A stretch of DNA of 64,000 bases from Oscillospiraceae bacterium (GCA_009780275.1 WRAI01000008.1:337-64336); one strand, 5' to 3'; counted from the stretch's first letter, positions 17,656-26,605 are shown. Translations and numbers: made by a program. The notes: generated from the sequence alone by a model not told the origin.

Positions 17656-18579
17656 ATGAAGCAATATCTATACAAAGGCGACAAAAACGCCTACAAAGCC
17701 AATCTTCACTGCCACACCACTGTTTCCGACGGCAAATATACGCCCGAGCAAACCAAAGCTATGTATCAAGCCGAGGGATACAGCATTATCGCCTTTACCG
17801 AGCATGACGCGTTAGTTTCACAAGCCTGCTTGAACGATGATAACTTCCTGGCCATCAACGCCTGCGAAGTCAGCGTCACCCAAGACATCAACTATACGCG
17901 CTGCAAAACCTATCACCTCAATTTATATGCAACAGACCCAAATGTCACACAAACGCCTCCTCTCCCGCACATGGCCTACGACGACATCGACGCCATCAAC
18001 CAATATATCCAAAACCGTACAATTGAAGGTTTTCTAGTATGCTACAACCACCCTTATTGGTCGCTGCAAACTTATGATGATTACGAAAAACTACAAGGTT
18101 GCTGGGCGATGGAAATCTACAACCACAGCGGCGAAATCGAGGCATACAACGGCTATAACCCGCAGTCTTACGACGAAAAGCTGCGCACAAGCAACAATAT
18201 TTTCTGCGTTTCGACCGATGATAATCATAATATCCACCCCCTGTACAGCGCCAACTGCGACTCGTTCGGCGGTTGGGTGGTCGTTAACAGCGAAAGCTTG
18301 CAATACCAAGACGTCATAACGGCACTTAGCGATGGCGATTTTTATGCCAGCCAAGGCCCCGAAATCTACGAGGTGTATGTGCAAGATGATAAATTAATTG
18401 TCAAATGCTCCGCCGTTGTCCTCATTGCCGTCTACACCCAAGGGCGAGTATGTTATACTCGCAAAGGCGCAAAGTTAAATCACGCCGAGTTTGACCTTAC
18501 GGGCCACGAAGGATATGTGCGCGTAATGTGCCGCGACAGCCACCATAAGGACGCCAATACAAACGCGCTTTGGTTGTAA
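17656..18579 (+). CDS. PHP-domain metal-dependent phosphoesterase
   Basis: NLHCHTTVSDG PHP motif. GGAGG lies 5 nt upstream of ATG 17656. Confidence 0.7.
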   Translation: MKQYLYKGDKNAYKANLHCHTTVSDGKYTPEQTKAMYQAEGYSIIAFTEHDALVSQACLNDDNFLAINACEVSVTQDINYTRCKTYHLNLYATDPNVTQTPPLPHMAYDDIDAINQYIQNRTIEGFLVCYNHPYWSLQTYDDYEKLQGCWAMEIYNHSGEIEAYNGYNPQSYDEKLRTSNNIFCVSTDDNHNIHPLYSANCDSFGGWVVVNSESLQYQDVITALSDGDFYASQGPEIYEVYVQDDKLIVKCSAVVLIAVYTQGRVCYTRKGAKLNHAEFDLTGHEGYVRVMCRDSHHKDANTNALWL

Positions 18580-18632
18580 AGGAATCTAATCCCCCTGCGA
18601 CAATAAAAAATTTACCATTTTCCAAAAAACAC

Positions 18633-18661
18633 TTGACAAGGCTATCACATCATGCTATACT
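18633..18661 (+). promoter_or_regulatory. Promoter TTGACA-17 nt-TATACT upstream of the Trp leader
   Basis: TTGACA at 18633-18638 and TATACT at 18656-18661. Confidence 0.6.
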
Positions 18662-18700
18662 GTACTAAACAAAAATCACAGTGAGGAGTTTATCCAAACT

Positions 18701-18855
18701 ATGCGTACACACAGCAAAATTTCAATTATGAACGGCGCGGTTGCTTGGCAATGGCGTTTTTGGCGTATTCATAATTGAATTTTACTGCTAAAAATGTGAT
18801 TGTCATGACTTGAAGCAAGGCACAGCGCGGTGAAATTCGCTCGCTGTGTTTTTTT
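18701..18855 (+). promoter_or_regulatory. Candidate tryptophan attenuator: 25-codon leader ORF with 3 Trp codons plus intrinsic terminator
   Basis: Leader ORF 18701-18778 reads MRTHSKISIMNGAVAWQWRFWRIHN (GAGGAG 12 nt upstream). Hairpin CACAGCG/CGCTGTG lies at 18821-18848 and T7 at 18849-18855, 29 nt before the trpB2-like ATG. Confidence 0.6.
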
Positions 18856-18884
18856 GTATCTCAAAACAGGAAGGAAATAAGATC

Positions 18885-20255
18885 ATGTTAGACAAAAACA
18901 ACGTCGTAAAAATTATGTTAGAGGACGCTCATCTCCCGAAGTACTGGTACAACGTCGTGGCCGATATGCCGAACAAGCCCGAGCCATATTATAATCCGCA
19001 AACATTCAATCCTCTTAGCCCAGCAGATATGCAAGTCATTTTCCCCGATGAATTGATTGCACAAGAGGTTTCATCCGAACGATTCATCGAGATCCCTAAG
19101 CCTGTTCGCGAGCTTTACAAGTCTTTCCGCCCCAGCCCACTCTACCGGGCTCGGCAACTCGAAAAGCAACTTGACACCCCGGCGCGTATTTATTACAAAT
19201 ACGAGGGCGGCAACGCCACGGGCAGCCATAAGCTCAACACGGCATTGGCGCAAGTATTTTTCAACAAAGAGGCCGGCATTCGGCGCATCGCCACCGAAAC
19301 AGGTGCTGGGCAATGGGGCTGCGCCGTGGCAATGGCAACGCAGCACTTCGGCCTGGAATGCTGTGTTTACATGGTCAAAGTCAGCTATCAGCAAAAACCA
19401 TATCGAAAATCACTCATGCAAACTTTTGGCGCTAAAATCAACGCCAGCCCGTCGGCTCTGACAAACACGGGACGCGCCATTCTCGCGGCAAATCCAGACA
19501 GCACGGGCAGCCTCGGCATCGCCATCAGCGAAGCCGTTGAGGATGCGGCGACAAACACCGATACCAACTACGCGCTGGGCAGTGTGCTAAATCATGTCTG
19601 CCTACATCAGACAGTCATTGGCCAAGAGAGCAAACTACAGCTCGAAATGGTCGACGAATACCCCGATATCATTTTCGCCTGCTGCGGCGGCGGCAGCAAT
19701 TTTGCCGGCATGACTTTTCCCTTTGTACCCGATAAACTCAGCGGCAAAAACATTCGACTTGTCGCTGTTGAACCAACCGCCTGCCCAACATTGACCAAAG
19801 GTGTCTACGCCTTTGACTATGGCGACACCGCCAAAATGGCGCCCATCGCCAAAATGTATACGCTGGGCCACAACTTCATGCCGGAGGGCATTCATGCCGG
19901 CGGCCTGCGTTATCACGGCGATTCAGCATTAGTGTCCAAGCTATACCATGACGGCATTATTGAGGCAAAATCCTATCCACAAAGCAAGGTGTTTGATGCA
20001 GCGGTGCAATTTGCGAGAGCCGAGGGCATCGTGCCCGCCCCCGAGAGCGCGCACGCCATCCGTGCTGCCATCGACCACGCCAACGAATGTAAGCAAAGCG
20101 GCAAAGATGAAGTCATTCTTATCTCACTCAGTGGCAACGGCTACTTTGACATGACAGCGTATGACACCTATTTCAGCGGCAATATGCAAGATTTTGAGTA
20201 TAGCGGCACAGCTGTTGAAAATGCACTGGACGAATTGCCCTGCGTGAATGTCTAA
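18885..20255 (+). CDS. TrpB-like PLP-dependent enzyme (tryptophan synthase beta, TrpB2 type)
   Basis: 456 aa with the long N-terminal extension typical of TrpB2, the PLP-lysine motif GSHKLN, and GGGSNFAG. The start is at ATG 18885 after AGGAAGGA. Confidence 0.85.
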   Translation: MLDKNNVVKIMLEDAHLPKYWYNVVADMPNKPEPYYNPQTFNPLSPADMQVIFPDELIAQEVSSERFIEIPKPVRELYKSFRPSPLYRARQLEKQLDTPARIYYKYEGGNATGSHKLNTALAQVFFNKEAGIRRIATETGAGQWGCAVAMATQHFGLECCVYMVKVSYQQKPYRKSLMQTFGAKINASPSALTNTGRAILAANPDSTGSLGIAISEAVEDAATNTDTNYALGSVLNHVCLHQTVIGQESKLQLEMVDEYPDIIFACCGGGSNFAGMTFPFVPDKLSGKNIRLVAVEPTACPTLTKGVYAFDYGDTAKMAPIAKMYTLGHNFMPEGIHAGGLRYHGDSALVSKLYHDGIIEAKSYPQSKVFDAAVQFARAEGIVPAPESAHAIRAAIDHANECKQSGKDEVILISLSGNGYFDMTAYDTYFSGNMQDFEYSGTAVENALDELPCVNV

Positions 20256-20265
20256 ACACTCTTAC

Positions 20266-20294
20266 AAAAAAACGCTCATTCGAGCGTTTTTTTT
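20266..20294. terminator. Bidirectional terminator between trpB2-like and the DtxR-family gene
   Basis: AAAAAAACGCTC-ATTC-GAGCGTTTTTTTT. Confidence 0.7.
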
Positions 20295-20665
20295 GTTATC
20301 TCAATATGCCGCTGAATTGCCACAAAACTCTCCTCACTCAGCCCATGCTCCATCTTACAAGCATCTTCATCCGCCGTTTGCTCGTCTACACCCAGTGCTA
20401 TCAACCACTCGGTCAACAGCATATGCCGATCGTACACCCGCCGAGCAATCACATACCCGCTCTCGGTCAACGTAATCTGCCCGTCTTGCATAACAATATA
20501 GTCGCTTGCCCGCAAGTTTTTCATGGCAACACTAATACTCGGCTTAGAAAAACCCATTTCACGCGCAATATCAATCGATCGCACCGAGCCATTTCGTTTC
20601 TGCAAAACTAAAATCGCCTCCAAATAATTTTCAACCGATTCCGGCGGCTTTTTCACGACATGCAC
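20276..20665 (-). CDS. DtxR/MntR-family metal-dependent transcriptional regulator
   Basis: ENYLEAILVLQKRNGSVRSIDIAREMGFSKPSISVAMKNL winged-helix segment plus a dimerisation/metal-binding region. Confidence 0.82.
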   Translation of the reverse strand: MHVVKKPPESVENYLEAILVLQKRNGSVRSIDIAREMGFSKPSISVAMKNLRASDYIVMQDGQITLTESGYVIARRVYDRHMLLTEWLIALGVDEQTADEDACKMEHGLSEESFVAIQRHIEITKKTLE

Positions 20666-20713
20666 CTCCTCGCGATGATACCCTCATCATATCACACAAT
20701 TGGCTCATTGACA

Positions 20714-20748
20714 AGAAAAAAGACAGGGCTTATGCCCTGTCTTTTTTA
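20714..20748. terminator. Hairpin terminator downstream of surface-protein paralog 1
   Basis: AGACAGGGC-TTAT-GCCCTGTCT flanked by A6 and T6. Confidence 0.7.
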
Positions 20749-20755
20749 ATGTTTT

Positions 20756-21601
20756 TTACTTCTCATCCTTTTTAATCAGCTTTGGCACAACCAGCGCACC
20801 TGCGCCTGCCAAGCCTACCAAGCCAACGACAACAATCATTGCCACGCCGGGGTCAAAGGTCTTGGGGTTTCCTGTGCCCGGAGCAGGTGTGCCTGTGCCC
20901 GCACCAGCGGGAGGTGTTGGCGAAGCTGCCGGCGAAGGTGAAGCCGTAGTCGGCGGAGGCGTTCCGTTTCCATTTCCGCCATTTCCATTTTCACCCGCAT
21001 GGACGCGGAACTCGTTGATGGTAACTACTGTGTCAGCAATGACAGTGAAAGCAACAATTCTAAATGCGCCACCTTCGACAGCACGCATCTGAGTAACCAC
21101 AGCTGCATCTGGCATATTATCAAGGCCCATATCAAGAAGGTAATCTATGCTGTGGCTGTCATCGTGAGCACCGACACCCATGGGATCCAAATCGCCATGA
21201 GCACGGAAAAAGTGGAGGTTGCCCGACCAAGTATTTTCGCCTGTTTGAAGCTGAACAATCAAGCCCAACATAGCACGTGTTTCAGCACCAGAACCTTGCG
21301 CAACATCAATGTCAAAGCTAACATACGTGTTGCCTAATTCAGTGTGAGGGATTTCAATTGGAGTAGCGAGATTAACACGCGACCACGGCGCCCAGTTTCC
21401 AGTATAGACAAGCGGGTTGTTGCCGCCACCGGTGACAGTTACACCTGCAGGCAATGCTGTTTCATCAGCTGCTGTCCACGAAGCTGTCGGTAACGTAAGG
21501 ATATCAGCGGGCAGTGAAGCACTCGCCGAAGCCCCCAAAGTTGCGCCCACAAGCAGCGCGGCAATCAAAAACAATGCGATAAATTTAGTCTTTTTCATCA
21601 T
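20756..21601 (-). CDS. Surface protein paralog 1: signal peptide, variable domain, Pro/Thr linker, C-terminal NPKTFD + TM + KKDEK tail
   Basis: N-terminus MMKKTKFIALFLIAALLVGATLGASA. C-terminus GTGNPKTFDPGVAMIVVVGLVGLAGAGALVVPKLIKKDEK. The start may instead be the second ATG at 21598. Confidence 0.75.
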   Translation of the reverse strand: MMKKTKFIALFLIAALLVGATLGASASASLPADILTLPTASWTAADETALPAGVTVTGGGNNPLVYTGNWAPWSRVNLATPIEIPHTELGNTYVSFDIDVAQGSGAETRAMLGLIVQLQTGENTWSGNLHFFRAHGDLDPMGVGAHDDSHSIDYLLDMGLDNMPDAAVVTQMRAVEGGAFRIVAFTVIADTVVTINEFRVHAGENGNGGNGNGTPPPTTASPSPAASPTPPAGAGTGTPAPGTGNPKTFDPGVAMIVVVGLVGLAGAGALVVPKLIKKDEK

Positions 21602-21739
21602 GTCCTCCTAAATAATATGTTGTTGTCCATTTCACCACACAAAATAGCGGCTGTTTTTAGACATCATTACACACATGATACCATAGTATACCGCAAATTG
21701 CAACAGTTAATCGAGGAAATTTTCAGAAAATTTTTCACA

Positions 21740-21772
21740 AAAAAAAGACAGGGCGCAAGCCCTGCCTTTTTA
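21740..21772. terminator. Hairpin terminator downstream of paralog 2
   Basis: AGACAGGGC-GCAA-GCCCTGCCT flanked by A and T runs. Related to the hairpin at 20714-20748. Confidence 0.65.
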
Positions 21773-21788
21773 TCGCGATACTAAACGT

Positions 21789-22616
21789 TTACTTCTCTTC
21801 TTTTTTTACCAGTTTCGGCACAACCAGTGCGCCTGCACCTGCCAAACCTGCCAAGCCTGTTACAACAATCATTGCAGCACCACCGTCAAATGTCTTAGGG
21901 TTCCCTTGTCCGGGTGCGGGTGTACCCGTTCCGGCACCGACCGGAGGTGTCGTAGTCGGCGGAGGCGTTCCGTTATCGGCAGGAGGCGTGTCTGTCGGAG
22001 GTGTTGCATCCGCCGTTGCGGCAAAATAGAAATATTCAATGGTGAATTGTCTGCCCGCGTGCGCATTTGTGCCGTCCGGATTGACCCAGAAACGAACTTC
22101 TTCCAGCGTCAATGTGTTACCGGTTATCAAATCGTTGACATTGATGGCTTTTCTGCCGCCGCCAACAAGCGCATCCGAGCCGATGCCCATGCTGACTTCA
22201 TTGCCTGAATCATTTGAACGAAGCTCTGTCGGTTGGTTGAACGCAAAAATTAAATTAGGAACATCGCCGGTAATGTTGAAAATCAAATACGGCGTTTGTG
22301 TCAAATTGATTTCCAACTCATCAAAAAAGACGCGAAACAGCGTACCAACACCTTGCCCGTCGTTCAACGGACGTTCTTGCAGTGTCACACGAATGCCATT
22401 GCCTTGCGCTGTCGGAATCGCGTGCGGGTTGCCATCCGTGTTTCCCGTGGTGGATGTTTGGCTAGTAATGCCGTCTGTTACGCCCTCAATAAGCAGAGCT
22501 GTAAAGTCAGCTTCCGTCAGCAAATTTACATTTGCCGCGTTCGCCGAAGCACCCAGTGTAGCACCGACAAGCATAGCCGCAATCAGAAACAGCGCGATAA
22601 ATTTTGTATTTTTCAT
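21789..22616 (-). CDS. Surface protein paralog 2 with the same signal peptide and NPKTFD + TM + KKEEK C-terminus
   Basis: MKNTKFIALFLIAAMLVGATLGASA ... GQGNPKTFDGGAAMIVVTGLAGLAGAGALVVPKLVKKEEK. The start is set at ATG 22616 (RBS GGGGGGA). Confidence 0.75.
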   Translation of the reverse strand: MKNTKFIALFLIAAMLVGATLGASANAANVNLLTEADFTALLIEGVTDGITSQTSTTGNTDGNPHAIPTAQGNGIRVTLQERPLNDGQGVGTLFRVFFDELEINLTQTPYLIFNITGDVPNLIFAFNQPTELRSNDSGNEVSMGIGSDALVGGGRKAINVNDLITGNTLTLEEVRFWVNPDGTNAHAGRQFTIEYFYFAATADATPPTDTPPADNGTPPPTTTPPVGAGTGTPAPGQGNPKTFDGGAAMIVVTGLAGLAGAGALVVPKLVKKEEK

Positions 22617-22716
22617 AATATCCCCCCCTAGTTTAAAATAAATTATCATTGTACGTATAATATCACACTATATCTTAAATTGCAACACTTGACTAAAAAA
22701 CTTGTGAAAATTTTTG

Positions 22717-23508
22717 CTAATTCTCGTAGTTGACAGCACTGCCCCGCAATTGCAGCGACAAACGGTCGGCAATCATGGCGATAAACTCCGAGTTGGTCGG
22801 CTTGCCTTTGGTGTTGGATACGGTATAGCCGAAAAAGCCTTGCAAAGTATCCAAGTCTCCCCTGTCCCACGCCACCTCAATGGCATGGCGGATGGCGCGC
22901 TCGACCCGCGACGGTGTTGTACCATATGTTTCCGCAACCGCCGGATAGAGAATCTTTGTAATGTTATTGACCGCTTTTTTGTTCTTAATGCAATAGACAA
23001 TCGCTTCGCGCACATACTGATAGCCCTTGATATGCGCCGGTACGCCAATTTCGTGGATGATATCGGTGACACGTGCCTCAACATCGTTGTCCGAGCGCAC
23101 AAGTGCCATGCTATAACTGTTGCCGCGTCCGCGCCGCGCCGCTTGACGGATACGTTCCATCAGCAGCGTCATATTCACCGGCTTATGCAATATGTAATAG
23201 GCGTTGAGTGCTTTGAGTTCCATCACGATGTTGTCGGGCAGGAATGCCGACACCACAATGAATGCCACACCATTTTGCCCTTTTGTTTCACGCACGCGCC
23301 GTACAATTTCAGTGCCGTCACGACTGGGTAGCAACGTGTCCACGATGGCAACATCAACCGTTTCGATTTCAAGTGTTTTCAACATTTCTTCGCCGTCGCC
23401 GGTAGACGAAACAACCTCTATGTCTTTCTCTACACCCAGCGTTGTCGCCAAAAAAGCGCGGAACTCTGCATTACTGTCTCCAATACAAACCCTAATTCTG
23501 TTGTGCAT
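22717..23508 (-). CDS. spo0A: Sporulation master regulator Spo0A
   Basis: Receiver domain ([17 protein letters not shown]) plus a diagnostic Spo0A C-terminal domain ([35 protein letters not shown]...[18 protein letters not shown]). The start is at ATG 23508, 7 nt after AAGGGG. Confidence 0.93.
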   Translation of the reverse strand: MHNRIRVCIGDSNAEFRAFLATTLGVEKDIEVVSSTGDGEEMLKTLEIETVDVAIVDTLLPSRDGTEIVRRVRETKGQNGVAFIVVSAFLPDNIVMELKALNAYYILHKPVNMTLLMERIRQAARRGRGNSYSMALVRSDNDVEARVTDIIHEIGVPAHIKGYQYVREAIVYCIKNKKAVNNITKILYPAVAETYGTTPSRVERAIRHAIEVAWDRGDLDTLQGFFGYTVSNTKGKPTNSEFIAMIADRLSLQLRGSAVNYEN

Positions 23509-23723
23509 TGTCATACCCCTTACTTTATTTTGTTTTTTTCTTGGCATGTTGAAAAACAATTTATCGACCGACAAGTTTATCATTTTTCGGCACTGCACGC
23601 TTCCAAAATATTAAACTCGGCAACTTACCCGCACTGCAGCGCGGACTGCAAGTCGAGAATGTGTTTTTCAACTTCTCTTTTCTGCGACAGGCCTTGTCAA
23701 CGAGAAAAGAATACCATGTTTTT

Positions 23724-23974
23724 TGTCGAGTCTTCAAGGGGATTTTTGACATGTTTTTGGAAAAACAGCGTTTTTTCATCGTGTTTATTCGACAAACAGG
23801 GCATGCACCCAAGAAAATGCGAGCCATTTCGCATTTTCTTGGATATTCGTTTTATTTTATGTCAATTGGTTGCAATTTTGGTTATGGCTTTGTGTGCACG
23901 AAAAAAGTGGCCTAGAGCCTGTCTGCTTTCTGTCTACCAATGATGATTATGAAAACATTCGACAAAGCTCGACA
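23724..23974. promoter_or_regulatory. spo0A upstream region with 0A-box-like heptamers
   Basis: Reading the spo0A strand, TGTCGAA occurs at 23788-23794 and 23958-23964. Near-matches lie at 23724-23730 (TGTCGAG, plus strand) and 23968-23974. Confidence 0.45.
23809..23842. other. Perfect 14-bp stem hairpin (CCAAGAAAATGCGA / TCGCATTTTCTTGG) in the recD2-spo0A spacer
   Basis: Seen directly, with a 6-nt loop. Its role (recD2 terminator or regulatory) is unresolved. Confidence 0.5.
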
Positions 23975-24021
23975 GGAGATTGAAAACATTTTAGCTGAAC
24001 TTTTACGTCATGTCAAGCATT

Positions 24022-26220
24022 TTAAGAAAGTTCTTCCAACCGAGTTCGTAGTGACGTAAACCGCTTGCCGCTCTGTTTCTTTTTCACCATCGCCTCCAAC
24101 ACCTCTACCCGCCCTACAACAATCATCAGCTCCCGCGCCCGCGTCATAGCGGTATAGAGTACCTTACGATTGAGCAACATCGGCGGCGCAGGCATGGCAA
24201 CAAACAGTACTGCCGGAAACTCGCTACCCTGCGCCTTGTGTACCGTCATAGCATATGCCAGCTCCAACTCATAAAGCAAATCAAAGGGGTATTCCACTTC
24301 TCTGTCGGCAAACACAACTGTTAACGAATCCGTGCCTGGGCTGACAGCCGTAACAAGACCAATATCGCCATTGAAAACGCCGCGCCCCGACACCTCATTA
24401 ATGCCATCAACCCACTCCAAATCATAGTTATTGCGCACCTGCATAACGCGATCGCCGAGACGGTATATTGTATCACCAAACCGCCGTTCCGCCTTTTGCG
24501 CATCGAATGGATTAAGTGTTTGCTGCAACATTTTATTAAGGTGAATTGTGCCGCATACGCCACGCCGCGTCGGCGAAATAACCTGAATTTGTTCGGGCGC
24601 GAATCCCATATTTTCAGGCAGCCGTGTCGCACACAGCTCGTTGAGTGTGTCAATCACAGCATCCTCGTGACCGCGTTTAAGCAAATACAAATCGCCGTCG
24701 TTTTGAATATTAGGCGTATCACCCCCGTTAATCTCGTGCGCTGCAACAATGATGCGGCTCTCGGCAGCTTGACGAAAAATCTCAGTCAGCTGCGTGACTG
24801 CAAAAATTTCACTATCTAGAATTTCGCGCAAAACATTGCCGGGGCCAACGCTGGGTAACTGGTCGGCGTCCCCAACCAAAATCAGCCGTGCGTCAGGTTT
24901 GATAGCCGTCAGCAACGCCTGCATGAGCTGAATATCAACCATCGACATTTCATCGACAACAATAACATCGGCACTGAGCGGATTATCCTCATCATAGCGG
25001 TAGTGAATCGCCTCGTCGGCACTGTCAAACCATATTTCCAGCAAGCGATGGATGGTGGTGGCCTCATGCCCTGTAAGCTCGCTCATTCGTTTGGCGGCGC
25101 GTCCCGTCGGCGCAGCAAGTACAACATCTAAATTCAACGCCTTGAAAACATCAACGGCAACGCGAATCGTGGTTGTTTTGCCCGTACCGGGCCCGCCGGT
25201 CAGCACAAACAATGCGTTTTCAACACAAGCACGTACTGCTTCACGCTGACAATCGGCCAATGCCAGTCCCGACTCACCTTCCATCTCTTCAACAAGCGTT
25301 TCCCACGCGCCGACAGGCGGTGGCGGCGATTCATGCAAAGTCATCAAGCGTTGCGCCACATCAATCTCAGCCGCGAACAGCTGTGGCAAATAAACACCGT
25401 GCGGCTCGGCAATAAATCGCCCGCCGTCTATCATATTATCCAGCGCGATTTCAACCGGCTCAATATCTAAATTCAATAATTGTGCCGTCGTTGATACCAG
25501 TGCATCACGCGGCAAATAGCAATGTCCTTGGTTGACATTAAAATACATTTGACACAATAAACCTGCATCAATGCGAATACTTGCTGCGCGGTCAATTTCC
25601 ATCGATAACGCCATGGCATCAGCTTGCGGAAACTGTCTGTCGTATTGCCCTTCCAATACCAAATATGGGTTAGTACGCAGCTTGTCTAACGCAATGTCGC
25701 CGTACACTTGATACAACCGCATGGCAATGTGCGGCATAAAGCCATTGGCGTCTAAGAACTCCATTAAGTGACGTACAGTATTTTGCTTGGCAAACTCTTG
25801 CCCCATTTCGGAGGCTTTTTTCTTAGATATGCCCTTCACTTCTGCCAACAATTCAGGCTCTTGATCAAGAATTTCCAGGCTCCGCGCACCGAACCGCCTG
25901 ACAATCGCCTCAGCTGTTGCCGCACCGATGCCTTTAAGAACACCACTTGATAAATATGCCAACATCGCTGACTCAGTCGCCGGCAAAGCACGTGTAACAA
26001 CGCTTGTTTTGAATTGCGCACCATGCTTGCGATGGTGCGCCCACGTTCCCGTAACTTCCAACTGCTCACCTAGTGCAGCATAAGGGATTGTACCAACGAC
26101 AGTCACATCGGCACCCTCAGTGGTGTGTAACTTGACAACAGCATAGCCGTTCTCCTCATTTTTGAAAAGAACGGCAACGATTTCACCTTGAAGTTGCTCA
26201 TGTTGTTCCATCAGCTGCAT
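24022..26220 (-). CDS. recD2: RecD2-type SF1B ATP-dependent DNA helicase
   Basis: 732 aa. The N-terminal region is followed by Walker A GGPGTGKTT, VVDEMSMVD, and C-terminal SF1 motifs (TVHKAQGSEF, YTAMTRAR). Confidence 0.88.
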   Translation of the reverse strand: MQLMEQHEQLQGEIVAVLFKNEENGYAVVKLHTTEGADVTVVGTIPYAALGEQLEVTGTWAHHRKHGAQFKTSVVTRALPATESAMLAYLSSGVLKGIGAATAEAIVRRFGARSLEILDQEPELLAEVKGISKKKASEMGQEFAKQNTVRHLMEFLDANGFMPHIAMRLYQVYGDIALDKLRTNPYLVLEGQYDRQFPQADAMALSMEIDRAASIRIDAGLLCQMYFNVNQGHCYLPRDALVSTTAQLLNLDIEPVEIALDNMIDGGRFIAEPHGVYLPQLFAAEIDVAQRLMTLHESPPPPVGAWETLVEEMEGESGLALADCQREAVRACVENALFVLTGGPGTGKTTTIRVAVDVFKALNLDVVLAAPTGRAAKRMSELTGHEATTIHRLLEIWFDSADEAIHYRYDEDNPLSADVIVVDEMSMVDIQLMQALLTAIKPDARLILVGDADQLPSVGPGNVLREILDSEIFAVTQLTEIFRQAAESRIIVAAHEINGGDTPNIQNDGDLYLLKRGHEDAVIDTLNELCATRLPENMGFAPEQIQVISPTRRGVCGTIHLNKMLQQTLNPFDAQKAERRFGDTIYRLGDRVMQVRNNYDLEWVDGINEVSGRGVFNGDIGLVTAVSPGTDSLTVVFADREVEYPFDLLYELELAYAMTVHKAQGSEFPAVLFVAMPAPPMLLNRKVLYTAMTRARELMIVVGRVEVLEAMVKKKQSGKRFTSLRTRLEELS

Positions 26221-26249
26221 AAAACTATCCTCATACGAACATTAAAATC

Positions 26250-26278
26250 ATTATAAAGGAACGACCGTCCTTTGTCAA
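26250..26278 (-). promoter_or_regulatory. Consensus sigma-A promoter for recD2 (TTGACA-17 nt-TATAAT on minus strand)
   Basis: The reverse complement of 26273-26278 is TTGACA and that of 26250-26255 is TATAAT, with a 17-nt spacer. Confidence 0.6.
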
Positions 26279-26299
26279 TCAAAAGCGGTCGTCTTACCT

Positions 26300-26605
26300 T
26301 TATTCAGTGGACATATTTTGCATGACCCATAGCTGGCTGTCGTATTGCAGCGCCAACTTCGACAACAAACTGTCATATTTATTTGTCGCGATAACAGGAT
26401 GCAATTCAACAATGCCCCATTGTTGAATCCATGCAATAGATGCCAATGTCTGCCGCAAGCTTTGCTCGTCAAGCATGTCGGCATTGACAACAGCATAAAT
26501 GAGCCGCGCATTGTGCCGCGCAACCATGCCTATGAGCAGCCAAACCAGCGCAACAAGGCCGTAAGCCGCCAGCAACGTAAACAATCCTTCGTAGACTAAA
26601 CGCAT
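26300..26605 (-). CDS. Hypothetical membrane-anchored protein (101 aa)
   Basis: N-terminal TM helix (LFTLLAAYGLVALVWLLIGMVA). No recognisable motif. Confidence 0.5.
   Translation of the reverse strand: MRLVYEGLFTLLAAYGLVALVWLLIGMVARHNARLIYAVVNADMLDEQSLRQTLASIAWIQQWGIVELHPVIATNKYDSLLSKLALQYDSQLWVMQNMSTE

Noticed and set aside
18640-18885. Possibility that the trpB2-like leader is a T-box or a TRAP-binding leader.
   Set aside because: There is no T-box conserved sequence or specifier-loop architecture, and the region is too short at about 220 nt including the leader ORF. There is also no series of (G/U)AG triplets spaced by 2-3 nt. The Trp-codon leader ORF plus terminator explains the region better.
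23503-23943. Plus- and minus-strand ORFs of 84-146 aa in the spo0A-recD2 spacer.
   Set aside because: They have no RBSs, their composition is low-complexity and Phe/Cys-rich, and they overlap each other. The region is better explained as the spo0A regulatory region.
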